The notes: generated by a model not told the origin, from the sequence alone. A stretch of 64,000 nucleotides of DNA from Octopus sinensis (GCF_006345805.1 NC_043009.1:70804001-70868000); one strand, 5' to 3'; positions 13,270 through 28,718 are shown, numbered from the stretch's first letter. Numbers and translations: made by a program.

Positions 13270-13275
<6 letters not shown>
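13135..13275 (-). mobile_element. 3' part of a SINE/RTE-like repeat with (GAT)n tail
   Basis: Minus strand TTAGGAAGGGCATCCAGCTGTAGAAAC...GCGGACGTTAAACGATGATGATG; resembles V-domain/RTE-tail SINE ends (from recall). Confidence 0.6.
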
Positions 13276-13322
<47 letters not shown>

Positions 13323-13822
13323 GCATATACATAAATATAGAGTAGTGGTACAACAAAGCACCAATGTTTACTGGAAATAACAGTCAATACTTCAATGTGT
13401 ATATTACTGGCGAAGACGTGCGAGGGCAGCAAACGCAAAATTGTTGTCTTACCTCTTGGAAGAACATTATATAAATGGGCCACCAGAATCGGATAATCCA
13501 GTACTTGGGTTTCGGACTCTTCAAATACATTTCTATTATAATACTTTGTCATTGAAACTTTTTTCACTGTTGTCGGATTAGAGACGGAGGCTGCTAGTGA
13601 GCACCGGCATTGCTAGAAATAAAAGTCAAAACGACTCTTAGATATGTGAGAGCAATTTTCTAACGGCTGACGAGGAAGAAAGCTTCCCCTCCCCACATAC
13701 AAGTAGATGAATCTGTGTGCGTGCGTGCGTGTGTGTGTGTGTGTATCGTGCGTGCTTGCGTGCATCCTTGTGTCTCTGTGTGTGTGCGTGTGTGCGCATG
13801 TGTGTGTGTGATAACGATAAAT

Positions 13823-14265
13823 ACAGGAGCAAGCATGTCTCTGTCGTTCAGGAACTCGCTCGGTAGCGACGAGGTTTGGGGCTTACTTTCGACTGTGGCC
13901 CCGGACCGATCATATATGTCTTGTGAGAGATCTGGTGTCACGGAGACTTTGTAGAAGCCCATCTTATAAATGGGTGTGTATAGTGAGTGTGTATGTGCGT
14001 GCGTTCCTGTATTTCTCCCTTCCCCACCGTTTGGCAACATGTGTCGGTTTGTTTTCGTTCCCGTTATGTAGCGGTCCGACAGACAGGCCGACAGAAGAGT
14101 AAAACACTTTCAAAAATAAGTACTGGCGCGATCCGTTCGACTCCAACCGTTAAGGCCGTACACCGGCATGGCCGCAGTCCAATGATTAAAACATAATTGA
14201 TAAAAGATAAATCTGGTGCTCCAGAATGACCGCAGTCTGGTGACTGAAACAAGAGGATAAAAAGG
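13823..14265 (+). mobile_element. Degenerate type 1 SINE
   Basis: Colinear similarity to 12689-13066: cttgtgagagatctgg..gaagccc, gttatgtagcggtccg..aataagtact, gcatggccgcagtc..tgactgaaacaag. Confidence 0.65.
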
Positions 14266-14539
14266 ATACTTTATATTTAACCATATTTTTTTTTATTTAT
14301 GTGTAAATATATTTGGTGAAGAACAAAACACAAAGAACAAAAAAAAGTAAAAACGAAATGAATTTACAATTGATGTTATTTGTTTGACGCCCGAAAAAAG
14401 GGTTCTTATATTTTGGACGTGATCCTTCCTTTGTCTGTGGATAAAGAGAAAGATCAGGACAAACTGGAAATGGAATATAATTTTAATCTTTTTGGAACTG
14501 ATTCATTATAATTATGAGAGAAGCATTGGGACCGATATA

Positions 14540-15080
14540 AACAACTTAATCCCTGTTTGGAAAATATTCGAATCAGGGATTATCTGAGAAATCCATTTCT
14601 TCAGCACTTTCTTTACCAAATATTCCGCTTTATTAACTGTATTGTGTGCCACACTGAATGTCTCAACAGCTCATTCTACCGTTTTGTTGTTTCTTTCGTT
14701 ATATATATTCATACACTTTTCCTTGATATTTTTCGAATTTCATATTTGATATTACGAAATATATTCCAGGACATCCTATTCTTATACAAACAGACAAGAC
14801 AATAGAAGAATTGTGTGACAGTGAAATTGTGTTTGGTAGTGTATACAATAGCGAGGTATTGAACATGGTGATTATTATTGACAGGTGCTGTACTACAAGG
14901 CATTGAAGAGGAATCGGATGCAGTTGTGAACGTGAGTAAAATGGCGTTTGAAACTGATTGACTGTTTGGCGGGTTGAAGACCAAACTAACTGTAATAATC
15001 CTTTGAGTAGTTTTGGTGTTTCTAACGGTTGAGATCGAATCATATTACAAGACAATGTACAAAATATATTGATAAACATA
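14540..15080 (-). mobile_element. Possible Penelope-like GIY-YIG relic
   Basis: Fragments FYCLVC..IG..F..FEKYQGKVYEYI in the order expected for a PLE endonuclease; weak. Confidence 0.3.
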
Positions 15081-16039
15081 TGATCGTAAGAGAAAACGTG
15101 GCGGGGGTTGATAAACGAATAAGAATAGACATGTTAAGGAAAATAAATATAAAAGTCCGACTTTAACAAAATTACAACATCCTATCAACAAGAGAAACGT
15201 GTTGTTTTATTTGGAAACAAGGAAAAAAAAATCTGTTTTCTTTCTAGGTTTGATACCTGTAGATTAGGGAGATATAAAAAGGAAGAAAACTGAGCGAGAA
15301 CGAAAGGGAAAGAAATATTTAGAAAAAAGATTCTCCAGTAAATAATCAATGCATGGTGTTTATTTTTTCTGTTTGTACTTTTCAATTCGTACTTTTGTAT
15401 AGCTGCAGAAAGCACCAGCTGTGGAGAGTAGTGAAACATCTGTCATATCAACGATTTCACTCTTCTCTACAATGCACAGAAATTATCTGTTTCAAACTGT
15501 ACGTACCTACTATAGCATAAGTTTCAGCTACGTTCGTTTCATGTTTTCCTCTCGACTGCCAGTTCTTCCCATATTCTAGATTTTCTCAACCGGAATCCTA
15601 GATATGCTTGATAAAAGGATATCACAGTGTATCTTTAAAAGATGTTATATGACGCTATATTTCAACAGACATTCATTTAATGTGGGCGTGCGCACACACA
15701 CCCACACTCATGCACGCGCACGCATATACATACAAAGGTAGTTATGTGTATTTCTGTATATACACACAAATACACCCCCCCATATATATGTTAACAATGG
15801 CGTCTGCCGAAAATTTGTGTTAGATATTTCTTTCTTCTCCAGAGGAGCAACAAGAAACTCTTTCCTAAGGACCGCATGAGCACATTCATTACACGAAAAA
15901 TGATTTAAATATATAAACATATATATATACAGATTAAAAGACAAGTAGAGAATGAGAAAAAGACACGCACAAACCCACAAAGATAATGAGAGGGAGAGAA
16001 ATAATGAAAGTTACACATCTATATATCTGTATCTATCTC

Positions 16040-16126
<87 letters not shown>

Positions 16127-16933
16127 GTGTGTGTGTGTGTATACATATATATATGTATATATCGATATGTATATGTGTATGTGTATGTATATATACCTTT
16201 ACATATCGATATATATATACAGATCTTTATACGATGTATATCTATGTGTTACGTGTAAGTGAGACTATTTTCATGTTTGTGAATTATACACTAAAAGCAA
16301 AAGAAAAGAAGAAAAGGAAGAGGAACCAAAACTTTACCGTTTTAAATGTGTCTGGTTTTGTTGCGTTTTATTGGAACAAATGCCGTCTCCCACCAAACTT
16401 TTGTCCTATTTCACCCCAAAACTGATTTATTATTAGAGCTAAAATATTGAATATTTATGATGCTATCAAAGATTTATTCAAGAGAACACGAACCTACATA
16501 TGCTTACAAATACATACAAACACACAAAAGTACAGCATATATTTACATGCAGAAAGAAATAAAGAAACTTTCTCCAACAACACAACAACAAACACACAAC
16601 TCTCTCTCTGACTTTCACTCTGTCTATATACGTGTGCGAGTGTGCGCCCGTGTGACTGTGAGCCTATACTTACAATGATATACATACAACAATGGATATA
16701 AGTATAGATATACTTCTTTATACGCACACACTCTTATATAAATGTATTCGATGGAAAAGAGGGGGGAATGATTTTATTATTGCTTTTATATAGTTTTATA
16801 AGTGACTGCATACCAACATATAGATATTTAGAAGTTGTGTGTATGTGTGTGTGTGTGTGTGTATACATGCACATACATACACTCAAACATACATGCACAC
16901 ATCTCTATGTATATGCATATCTATATTTGTATA

Positions 16934-16975
<42 letters not shown>

Positions 16976-17693
16976 CATACATACATACACATAGATACCC
17001 ACACAAATGTATACGAGTACGTGTGTGTCTGTGTGTGTGTGTACCGTTAGATATGGAAACGGTATTTTTTATATATTTGCGTGAAAAAATAATACAAGTA
17101 TAATTTTCACTCGTAAATTTTCTCATTCATATAAAACATCTGTTAGAATAGGTTTCTTACTGTCAACAGAACTTCGTTGCTGATAGTAGACCAACAGCTG
17201 TCGCATGCAAGTTTTGACTCTGTAACTGTGCGTATGTGTGTGTGTTTGTATGTGTGTTTGTGTGCAGGTATGTACATTATATGTATATGCGTCTATGCGT
17301 GTATGTATATGTGTGTGTATCTGTGCGAAATATGTTACTGATTTTAAATGTCAAAATTTCAATGATGCGATAAATGTAATCGAGATACTGCATCGAACAA
17401 TATCTTCTAAGCTATCCACAATACCAGAATCTTTGAGGTATGGCTTAGTTACAGAATGAATTTCGGTTCTGCAGTGCTACCCAGTTTCAGCGACCAAACT
17501 TTTGGAAAACATTATGTCGCCCGCAAACTGTATTGCTAATCTGTTTTTAAATCATGAAAAATTATTTCTCAAGGTATAAACATACAGGCTTGTGTGTGTG
17601 TGTGTGTGTGTGTGTGTGAGTGAGAGAGAGAGAGAGAGAGAGAACGCATGTCTTTGATCGTGTGTATCTTCATATATATTTATTTATGTATGA

Positions 17694-17734
<41 letters not shown>

Positions 17735-17770
17735 TGTATGTATGTATATATATGTATGTATGTATGAATG

Positions 17771-17803
<33 letters not shown>

Positions 17804-17830
17804 TATATATATACATACATATGTAGATTA

Positions 17831-17862
<32 letters not shown>

Positions 17863-18888
17863 ATAAATATACATACACACATGCTCACATTTACACATAC
17901 TTATATATATAATTTTCTAGGTGTGAATTACTCTCTGGCGATCATGATATTTGCCATCTCCCTTCTACCGGTCACGTTGACTTGGAAACTGGAATCATCA
18001 CATAGTGAAATGATAAGAGCAAAGAGAAAATTCTCGAGGGGCGACGTGTTCAGGAGGGATGAAGGAAGGAAGGAAGGAATAAATGCGGTGCCTGTAGATG
18101 TGACACAACAAGTGTGAGAGAATAAAAGGAAATACAAAGAGAATAGGAAGACATGAGGAGTTGAGCAAAGGTTATTGTATTTGCAGTAAACATATATATA
18201 ATATATACGCACACACGCACACACGCGCACACAAGCACACACACGTACATAAACACACAAATACTGACGCACAAATGTGTTTGCACATTTAGGCATGTTT
18301 GCACATTAACTCAGATTGTAAAGCGAGAAGGAAAGTCTCTAAGTATTTTCTCCGGTAAAGATTCTGCCTTGGTGCCAGTAGATGTTCATAGCATTATTTA
18401 TATATTTTTAATGTCAGTTTTCTCTTCATAATCACAAAGTAATCGAAGCCAATTTACTTTCATTATCATAAGTTATCAATTATAATAATAATAAAAGGTC
18501 TTATCTCTATATTCCGGCGGATTGGCAAAAGTTTGAAGTGTTTGACCAAAAGCCCGGTTGTGTTTCTTCCGGTTATTTGCATTCTGAATTCGCCTACGGT
18601 AGTACTGTTGCCATGGTACAAGGGACCTTGTATTTTCCTTGATTAAAGGTTATGGAGAAGAGAGAATTTTGTCAAGTTGAGATAAAAGTCTATCAGACAA
18701 AAAAGAGAAAAAAACACTAGCCAACTTTACGCTGGAGAGTGGAACATTTCATTTACAGACGCCGCCGTAATTTTAGATTGACCCCTATCTTGTTGTCTTC
18801 AAGCATCGTATAACAATCGTTTTTATCAATTTTAAATTTTTAGGAATATTTTGCTACAGTCATTTATGTCATAATTTAGAATCTCGCC

Positions 18889-19303
18889 CAGGGATGGGCA
18901 ACTTTTCGTCAACTGAGGGCCGCATCCTACCATTTCCAAGGAGAGAGACGCATGACGAAACACATATGCATGAAATATTACTTACCCGCTTTACACTGAA
19001 TGTTTTTGCAGTTCTTCTTCATGTTCATTTGTCTTAGTATGAAGGATTACAAAGAGCTGGCATCTCTTACATTATTTCCTAATGATAATAATGGAGATTA
19101 CTAGTGTAAATAAATTATAGTTCAAAATATTGAGGTAACAAAAAAAAAAAGCAAAACCAAAATTCATCGATATTTTATTAAAGAGCAAATTTCATGATCT
19201 GTATCAATGAGAGTTTGGCACACTCATATTCTTTACTATATTTTTCGCTTGTAGAAATTAATAACCTCGAAGCTCGTCGCCGGCCGCAGGTTGCCCATGC
19301 ACG
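18889..19303. mobile_element. Non-autonomous hAT-type element (MITE)
   Basis: Left end CAGGGATGGGCAAC..GAGGGCCGCA; right end CCGGCCGCAGGTTGCCCATGCACG is an imperfect reverse complement. Typical of Charlie/Buster-like hAT ends. No TSD recognisable. Confidence 0.65.
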
Positions 19304-20621
19304 ACCAGCCGAAGTCAGCTTCGCTTTGCATCTTGCCGTAGTCGATGTAGAAAGAATTAACATATCTTAGAAGTACCGCGAGACAACTAAACAATGAAAT
19401 GGAATCTAATATAATTGACTGAATCTACAGAAATGTGTCGGACATGGGTTTCTTGGAGCGATTTATTAGGCTTTGGCAAAATCACAACAGAAAAATTATT
19501 TGTTTCATCCGAATTTTCTCTGTTGTTTCAAAATAGTTAAACGAAAGCAAATAAAACTGTTCGACGAAAACATAAAATGTATTTCTCTTACAATTGTCGT
19601 TGTTCCTTTCGCTGCTTTTGTTGTTGTTATTCAAGTACTTGTACTCAGAATAAAATAAAATATTAACGTTCCTTCATATTCAAAGTAAACAACAGACATT
19701 ATTAAATGATGTTATAAAAGGCGTAAATAATTAAACACAACCAGGCATACTGTGGCTAATTAGCTTAATATTGGCTGATGTATGAAATTACAGAGGAAAA
19801 TTGAATCAGTGGTTGGGAGACGGAAGAACTGAGATGTACGTCCATACACACTCGCAATTAGAAACGCAAACCTATGCATCAAGGTATCTTCCATTTATAT
19901 ATATATATGTGTGTGTATATGATTACGCATGCTTATACACACTTATATGTGCATAATTAAAATACACCTGCACAGACACAGGTGCGTGTGCGCGTGTATA
20001 TATATATATATACATTCATGCATATATTCATACTTATTTCCACACACACATACACATAACGCACACACATATGTGTGTGTTATATTTTTACATATTAATG
20101 TGCGCGTGTTTGTGTGTGTCTTTGTGTGTGTGCGTGTGTGTGTGCGGTTCCATATTACATGTATGTGTCATTGTAAATATTTAAATGCAGTAATTATTTA
20201 AAAGTTAAATTTACCTTATTCTAACATTGTCTCTGCCTTCGTCTTTCTCTCTCTCTCTCTCTTTGTCTCTCTCTCTTTCTCCCTCTTCATTTCTGCCTTT
20301 CTTTCTCTCTCTCTCTCTCTCCCTCTGTTTCTCTCTCTCCCTCTCTCTTCCAAATATACTTATTTCACTCTCTCACTTGTTTGATCCTCAGCTACGACCT
20401 TGCTGGGGCACAGAATTCAAACATTTTAGTCAATCATGCTGGAGCTAACAATTATTGTTTCCTTGTATTTATTTTATGGAAATCCAATTAACAAAGCCAT
20501 TAATGAAGTGGACTGAAAGAACCACATGCAAATGCTGCCGAGACACAGGCCTAGATTAGAAAACACCTTCACAAACACACACACGCACTCGGACACACTC
20601 GGACACACACACACACACACT

Positions 20622-21855
20622 CGTGCCGAAGAGATCATGCTTGACCAACTTACTGGTCATGGAAGTATTGGTGACGTGCATCCTCGATGATAGTGATGCT
20701 GTTGATATCGTTTTATTGGACTTTGCCAAAGCTTTTGACTCGGTAAACCACCGCCTGTTACTTGTCAAGCTTCAAGCATATCGTTTCCATCAGGATATTG
20801 TACGATGGATTGGTGCCTTCCTCTCAGATCGCTCCTTCCAAGTCCAAGTTAATGGTTCGCGGTCCGACGTCTCCAGTGCAAGCAGTGGCGTGCCTCAAGG
20901 TTCAGTGCTTGGGCCCTTATTGTTCTTAGTCTTCATAAATGACTTGCCCGAGGACCTCACGCAACACACCCTTCTATTTGCCGACGATGTCAAACTGGTC
21001 ACTCCTCGCGGTGATATAGAGGATCTTCGTCGATGCCTCCACCAAATTTGGAGATGGTCAAACGAATGGGATCTGTGTCTGAACGTGTCAAAGTGCTGTC
21101 ATCTGCCTGTTGGCTCTCCTCCTGCAACTCAACTTGATTTCGAGCCGGGTCGTCTGCTGCTGGAGAGGACCGATCAGGTAAAGGACCTGGGTATCTTGGT
21201 GGATTCCTCCTTTTTGCCTTCGGCCCAGTGCGTCCATGCTGCCAACAAAGCACGCGGAATTCTGTTCTTGATTTGACGGTCATTCGGAATGCTCACAGCA
21301 GCCATATTCCTACCGCTCTATGTCACGCTGGTGAGACCCATATTGGAGTACGGGATTCAAGCCTCTTCTCCTTATCTCCTCAAAGACATATATCATCTTG
21401 AAAGAGTCCAGAAGCTGGCTACCCGCATGGTTCTTGGTCTCAAGCATTTGTCTTATGAAGAAAGGCTGAAGACTCTCGACCTCTATTCTCTAGAAAAACG
21501 ACGACGCCGTGGAGATCTCATTGTTGCTCACAACATCATAAGCGGAAAGTGTAATCTCTCGAATGAGCTGTTCTTCACTCCTGCTCCAGAGCGTCGGCTG
21601 CGGGGTCATTCCGAAAAGCTCTACCTGCGACGATTTCATCTCAATCGAAGGAGAGGGGCTTCCTCCTTCCGGGTTGCGGATCCGTGGAATAAGCTGCCAG
21701 ACGAGATGGTGAAAATGCCGACGACCGCTCGGTTCAAAGTCTCCCTTGACCACAAGTGGCCTGAACTCTTTACATTAACACCACCTTGTACATAACGCCA
21801 TGTCCCACTAAATGGCCTTGCTTTTTGCTTTTTGAGCCAATAAAAATTAACTAAC
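20622..21855 (+). mobile_element. 5'-truncated CR1-group LINE (RT and C-terminus), one premature stop
   Basis: RSCLTNLL, LDFAKAFDSVNH, SGVPQGSVLGPLLF, LFADDVKL, LVRPILEYG, LERVQKLATRMV, SLEKRRRRGDLI. In-frame TGA at 21274-21276; natural stop at 21795; short TAAC-type tail. Confidence 0.95.
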
Positions 21856-21889
21856 ACATCCAGTCGCTTTCTCTATTTCTCTTTCCCTC

Positions 21890-21905
21890 TCTCTATCTAT
21901 CTATC

Positions 21906-21988
<83 letters not shown>

Positions 21989-22030
21989 CTCTCTCACACA
22001 CACACACTCATATATTCATGTCGACACACA

Positions 22031-22068
<38 letters not shown>

Positions 22069-22290
22069 CACACATCCAGGCGATTTCTCTATTTCTCTCT
22101 CTCTCTCTATCTATTTATCTCTCTCTCTATATATATATATATATCTATCTCTCTATCGCTTTCTCTCTCTCTCTCACACACACACACTCTTATAGTCATG
22201 TCGACACACACTCACACACCCATAGTCATATACCCGTGTAAACGCACACACGCACACACACATGCACACTCGCACACACACACACACGTT
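21890..22290. repeat. (CTAT)n/(CA)n/(CT)n compound repeat containing a ~200 bp local duplication
   Basis: ACATCCAG.CG.TTTCTCTATTTCTC occurs at ~21856 and ~22072; CATGTCGACACACACTCACAC occurs at ~22017 and ~22197. Confidence 0.85.
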
Positions 22291-22509
22291 CATGTATACT
22301 ATTCTGTTTGTGAATTTGATCTGAATGCCATCCTGCACTGGAATGTTGTGCTGCGACAAATCTCGCACAACGAAGACTGGTCAGTTTGCTAATAAAAGGG
22401 CATTCATTGAGTTCTTTAAATTTTATTGATCAAACAATTTATTAAATGACGAATTAAATAATCGGACGTGTGAATAATCGTTTGATCAGCGGTCCAATCA
22501 TACGTACAG

Positions 22510-23720
<1,211 letters not shown>

Positions 23721-24085
23721 TGTTAAAAAAACCTAAATGCACATATGTGAGTGAGGAGAGGCGGCGGGGGTCTGCATGGATTCTCAACGAATGAAATGAA
23801 TGAGATGCAAAGTAAATGTGAACGAGAACTTTTGTCGTTGAAGAGAGGCAGATGGAAGCAGGTAAGACTCTCGCTGCACGGAACAATGCTGCCTTCGGAG
23901 CTTTTAAATGGATTCCATTCTTAACGTTGCATCACTTGTTCTACGTACCGGGAACCGATCCTCATTTCTGTGTGTGTGTGTGTGTGTGCATACAGTCATA
24001 TATATAATATACATGTACATATATATATATATTATATATATATATATATATAATATATATATTATAATATATTATAATATATATA

Positions 24086-24127
<42 letters not shown>

Positions 24128-24186
24128 GTATATACCTTATACCTCTATGTATATACATATACGTATGTATACAATATATGCATATA

Positions 24187-24233
<47 letters not shown>

Positions 24234-24310
24234 ATATATAAATCTGTGTATGCGTGCCTGTATGTATCATGTATGAATACATTTAATTGTAAACACATCT
24301 ATCTATCTAT

Positions 24311-24347
<37 letters not shown>

Positions 24348-24800
24348 AAATCACAGACACATGCACTCACACAAACACGCGCACACGCACATACACACGC
24401 ACACATGTGTATATATATATACATACACACATATTTGTGTGTGTGTGTGTGTGTGTGTGCCTGCATTCATGCTGACATTGACACATATACATGCACAGGT
24501 GCATACATGCAGACGTATATACAAACATGGTTGGAGACATACGTATATATACATATCTACAAACATAAACATACAATGAAAATGCAATTTTCAATTTGAT
24601 GGAAATCCAGTCAGTTTCTTAAATATTTGTAAAGTAAGAAGAAAAGTAAATAAATAACATCAGACCCTAATTACTTGTATTTCGTATGCAAATCCTGTCA
24701 CACAGCAAATTACTGCTAACTATGCTCCTGCTACATCCTAGCCTCTCTTTTGCACGTTTTCTCCCTTTCTCTCAATCGTTCTGTGTTTTTGTGTTCGTGT

Positions 24801-24847
<47 letters not shown>

Positions 24848-24884
24848 ACATTATATATATGTATATTATACGTATGTATATATG

Positions 24885-24917
<33 letters not shown>

Positions 24918-26034
24918 TCATATATATTGTATATATAATATATACATCATATTATTATATATATATATTATTATTCCATCATATGTTATATATAATATAT
25001 TTCGGTATATATAATAAATATACACATGCATGCATACATACACACATACTAATACATACATACATATATACATAAAAATAAATGCATATGCCTGGAGAAT
25101 ACCTAAAAGAAAGTGACAGAGGAAGAGAGCGGGGAGGGAGAGCGGGGAGAGAGAGCGGGGGGAGAGAGAAAAAGATCCGTATCCGTCTTGCTATAGAGAG
25201 TATAACATGCTTTGTCGAGGGCATTTCGTATGGCTGAAACTTGTCTTTTGATTTCACCATTTTGTTCAAAGCAGCAGAGAGTTTCTGAACTGACTTGACC
25301 TTCATTTCCAGAACTTATCGCCATTGCTTTTCGAGTTTAGATTCTATGGACTGAGGGAAATTCTCTATTCTCGAAATACATGATTGATCTCAGGGTTTCT
25401 AAGTTTCGTAAGTCACCAGAATAATTATCTGAAATCTTACAGTATTTCTGTCTCGTAAAACACCTGTGTTATGTTGTTTTATAGAACCTATATCATTAAT
25501 GGGTGTAAACAGCATAATTGCTGCCAACTTTTAATGGTACCAAGGGAGTAGCGCGCGTTGGAATGGCAGACAAGTGAAACCTAAACACTCCGTTGAAGGC
25601 ACATCGTGTGAAAAGTAGAACAATAGGGTCTCTGTTTCGATACACAAGCATTAAAAACAACGAACATTCACCTAAACTAACCAATCTATAAACGCGCAAA
25701 TTCAAACATGCATAAAGACAGATGAAAATGTATATGGGTGTGCGAACATATGTGAGGTGGTATTTAAATCAGAGAATGTCTTTAGGTGCTTGTATTTATG
25801 TGTGCACGTGTGTGTGTATGCGTATGTGCGTGTGCGTGCGGTAGCATGCTCAAACTTAGGTAGACCGACAGACAGACGAAAGACAGATACATAGATGGAT
25901 AGATTGATTGGTAGGTATAGGTATGTATGCATCTATGTAACCTTGTTTGATCATTTCTGCTTTCTACATGACACATTACATATCTATGTTTATAATATAC
26001 TGTATATATATATATATATATATATATGTAAATA

Positions 26035-26387
26035 TATACACAATTATAAGAGAGTGACCACTATATGGTCAACTCTTGCGCTAAAAATAGATCCGCTATG
26101 GTATCAGCCACTAAAATTCGACGTGCGACTTAGTAAATTGTATTCAAGACAAATTCTACTGATGACCTATGGATATTTATGTAAATAAAATTGCATAATA
26201 TATTAATAGCGAAACCATTGTCTAGAATTAATCTACATTTATGTTATTTTTCATTTGCCCTGCTCGTTTACGTTAAATGATGTGCTGATTCTCATAGGAA
26301 ACAATTTTTAGTGGCTGATACCATAGCGGATCTATTTTTAGCGCAAGAGTCGACCATATAGTGATCACTCTCTTATATTTGTGTATA
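26035..26387. mobile_element. MITE-like or inverted-end element with ~83 bp inverted arms
   Basis: 26035-26117 is a near-perfect reverse complement of 26305-26387; TA dinucleotides at both ends. Confidence 0.75.
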
Positions 26388-26496
26388 AGTTTTTATTGTA
26401 TCCCTGGTTTTTATGCGCTAAGCCACTTGGTGTTAAATTGATGGTATTATTAAATTAATATCCAATTTTTTCACCCTTATTTTTTATTGTATGTAA

Positions 26497-26527
<31 letters not shown>

Positions 26528-26619
26528 TGTATGTATGTATGTATGTATGTATGTATGTATGGATGGATGGATGGATGGATGTATTTATGTATGTATGTAT
26601 GTATATAACAAAGTAAGCT

Positions 26620-27300
26620 TGAAAGGTACCGCACGAAAGAAAATATAGAGGGAAGCGGATTTGGAAATGCAGAGGTCTTTTAAAGATGTTTATTGACTTG
26701 ACCGGTTTCAGTTTTTTAGAAAAAGATTTTCAAAAGTAAAACGTAATGCTTTGTGTAGCCGTTGTTGTGTTAAAAAATGGTTACCATAAATGTATTAAAA
26801 TACCGTTATACAGTCTTTGATAATGATGAGAAAATGTTAAGAAATAGAATATTTGACAATGATAAGAAAATGTTTAGAGGGGCTTTTTGTTTAAACAGTT
26901 TACATAAAAGTGTTCAAAATAGGTAGTAAAAGAAATTCATAATTATTCTAAGCTCTACAAAAATCATGATTGTTTATAAGCATATATAGAGAAAGAGTTT
27001 GTAGACAGTATTTGATAAAAGAAAGCGTATATTGCTTAGTCAAACCTTCATCAGGAATCAAATTGAAGTATTCAAACAGAGTTCTATGGGAATGACCTCA
27101 CTTTTTCTCCTTCATCTACAGTCTTTAATTTTAAAACTAAAGTAGGAATATATTTATCTAGAATATTTTTGCTAAGTACCCCGATATCAGTGCTAGAAGG
27201 ACAAATAAGTCGTAAGGTTGGGTTATTAAAATAATTTGGTTTGTGATCTTTTAAAATAAAACGAGGTTCTTTGGTGGTCAAGAGGTTCGGTCCTCATCTG
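26620..27300 (-). mobile_element. Penelope-like element fragment with pseudo-LTR-type non-coding part
   Basis: TTKEPRFILKDHKPNYFNNPTLRLICPSSTDIGVLSKNILDK (27084-27281). The segment 26650-26830 has an inverted paralogue at ~41610-41780. Confidence 0.75.
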
Positions 27301-27580
27301 TAGGTCATATTTATCTTTCTCTAAATTGTCTTTGACGTTCAATCGATTAAGGATTTTTTAAAAACATAACTTTCCAGCGTCCTCTTCCTCATATGCACGG
27401 TAATCACATTCGGTTAAAATAACTTATGGATGTGTTTGGTTTCTCATTGTTTCCCTGACAAGATGATTACATTGTTTTACATCATCTCATGACCTCAGGA
27501 ATAATACCAATGTTTTCTTCAAAACATATGTCGGAAGTATAAAGATTTGAATAACACCTGCGTTTAACTCCATTTCTTAA

Positions 27581-27626
<46 letters not shown>

Positions 27627-28189
27627 ATATATCATAAGTTGTAGTTATCTTTAAAACAATTATGATAAAGTGGCAAGCAAACATAACCTAAATAGGCAAA
27701 ATATATTACTAAAAGTCAGGGTACATATTCGCACCTGTTTGCTATATGTAAACACGCGTGGAGAATGTAACAAATATACTAAAAATCCTTCCTCTCCATT
27801 TTTAAAACCACAAAGAGAAGAGTAGAGGTCTTCTCAATTGATTTCACTTTCTGTGCCGAATGGCATTTAAAGATAATTAGCTAATGCTTAGTATGTAAAC
27901 AATATAGATCATGTATGGATGTCATTATTCAGTGTATTTCAAGATCTCTTGCCAAGAGAAAAAACAATCGGTTTCTAACCTAGATCCAAGGTTCCTTCTT
28001 TGGAATTTCAACATCAACAACACGGTATTTTTGTATGTATGTATGTATGTATGTATTATGTATGTATGTATGTATGTATGTATGTATGTATGTATGTATG
28101 TATGTATGTATGTATGTGCAGATTTGTATGTTTTGTGTACGTCTTCTCATGCATATCGTTGCATATCTAGACATGCTCATATATATTCA

Positions 28190-28680
28190 AATGATAAACT
28201 TCTAGAAAGTTTTACAGATTTTTACAGTTCCAGTGATGGCTTGGATCTGTACTCTTCGAATCAGCTTTCTCTTTTCTGGTTTTGGGAAACCTAATTTCTG
28301 AAGATTGGTATTTATGCAAAGTGTTACATATCCCAGGATTCCAATAATTACTGGTATAAATCTGAACTTGTAATCTGGATAGAGTAACTGCAGATTTCTC
28401 AATAGTTTAGCAGAGGTGTTCTATTTTTCCCTGACCTTCATCTTTATGTTAACATCAGCCAAGCAGCTAATTTCCACAACTGTGCACAGTTTCTCTTCTC
28501 CATCCTAAATCATTATATCAGGTCTGTTGCGCTTACATTTTATTCAGGTCTTCTCTAGTACATTCCACCAGTTTTCCTTTTTATTACGAGTGGCTATGGC
28601 TTCTATTATATTGTGAGTTCGTATTTCTTTGTCATCAGGATTATCCTTCCGACGGATTTCATTATAGAGAGTATGTATGT
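28190..28680 (-). mobile_element. 3' end of an RLE-type LINE, family D
   Basis: LYNEIRRKD..WWNV..KRNRPDIMI..CTVVEISC.ADVN..LRNLQLLYPDYKFRFIPVIIGILG..ITGTVKICKTF*. Confidence 0.8.
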
Positions 28681-28718
28681 ATGTATGTATGTAGTATGTA
28701 TGTATGTATATATGTATG

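Noticed and set aside
13667-13687. CTGACGA followed by the hairpin GGAAG-AAAG-CTTCC
   Set aside because: The required GAAA box and stem III are absent; at best a truncated remnant.
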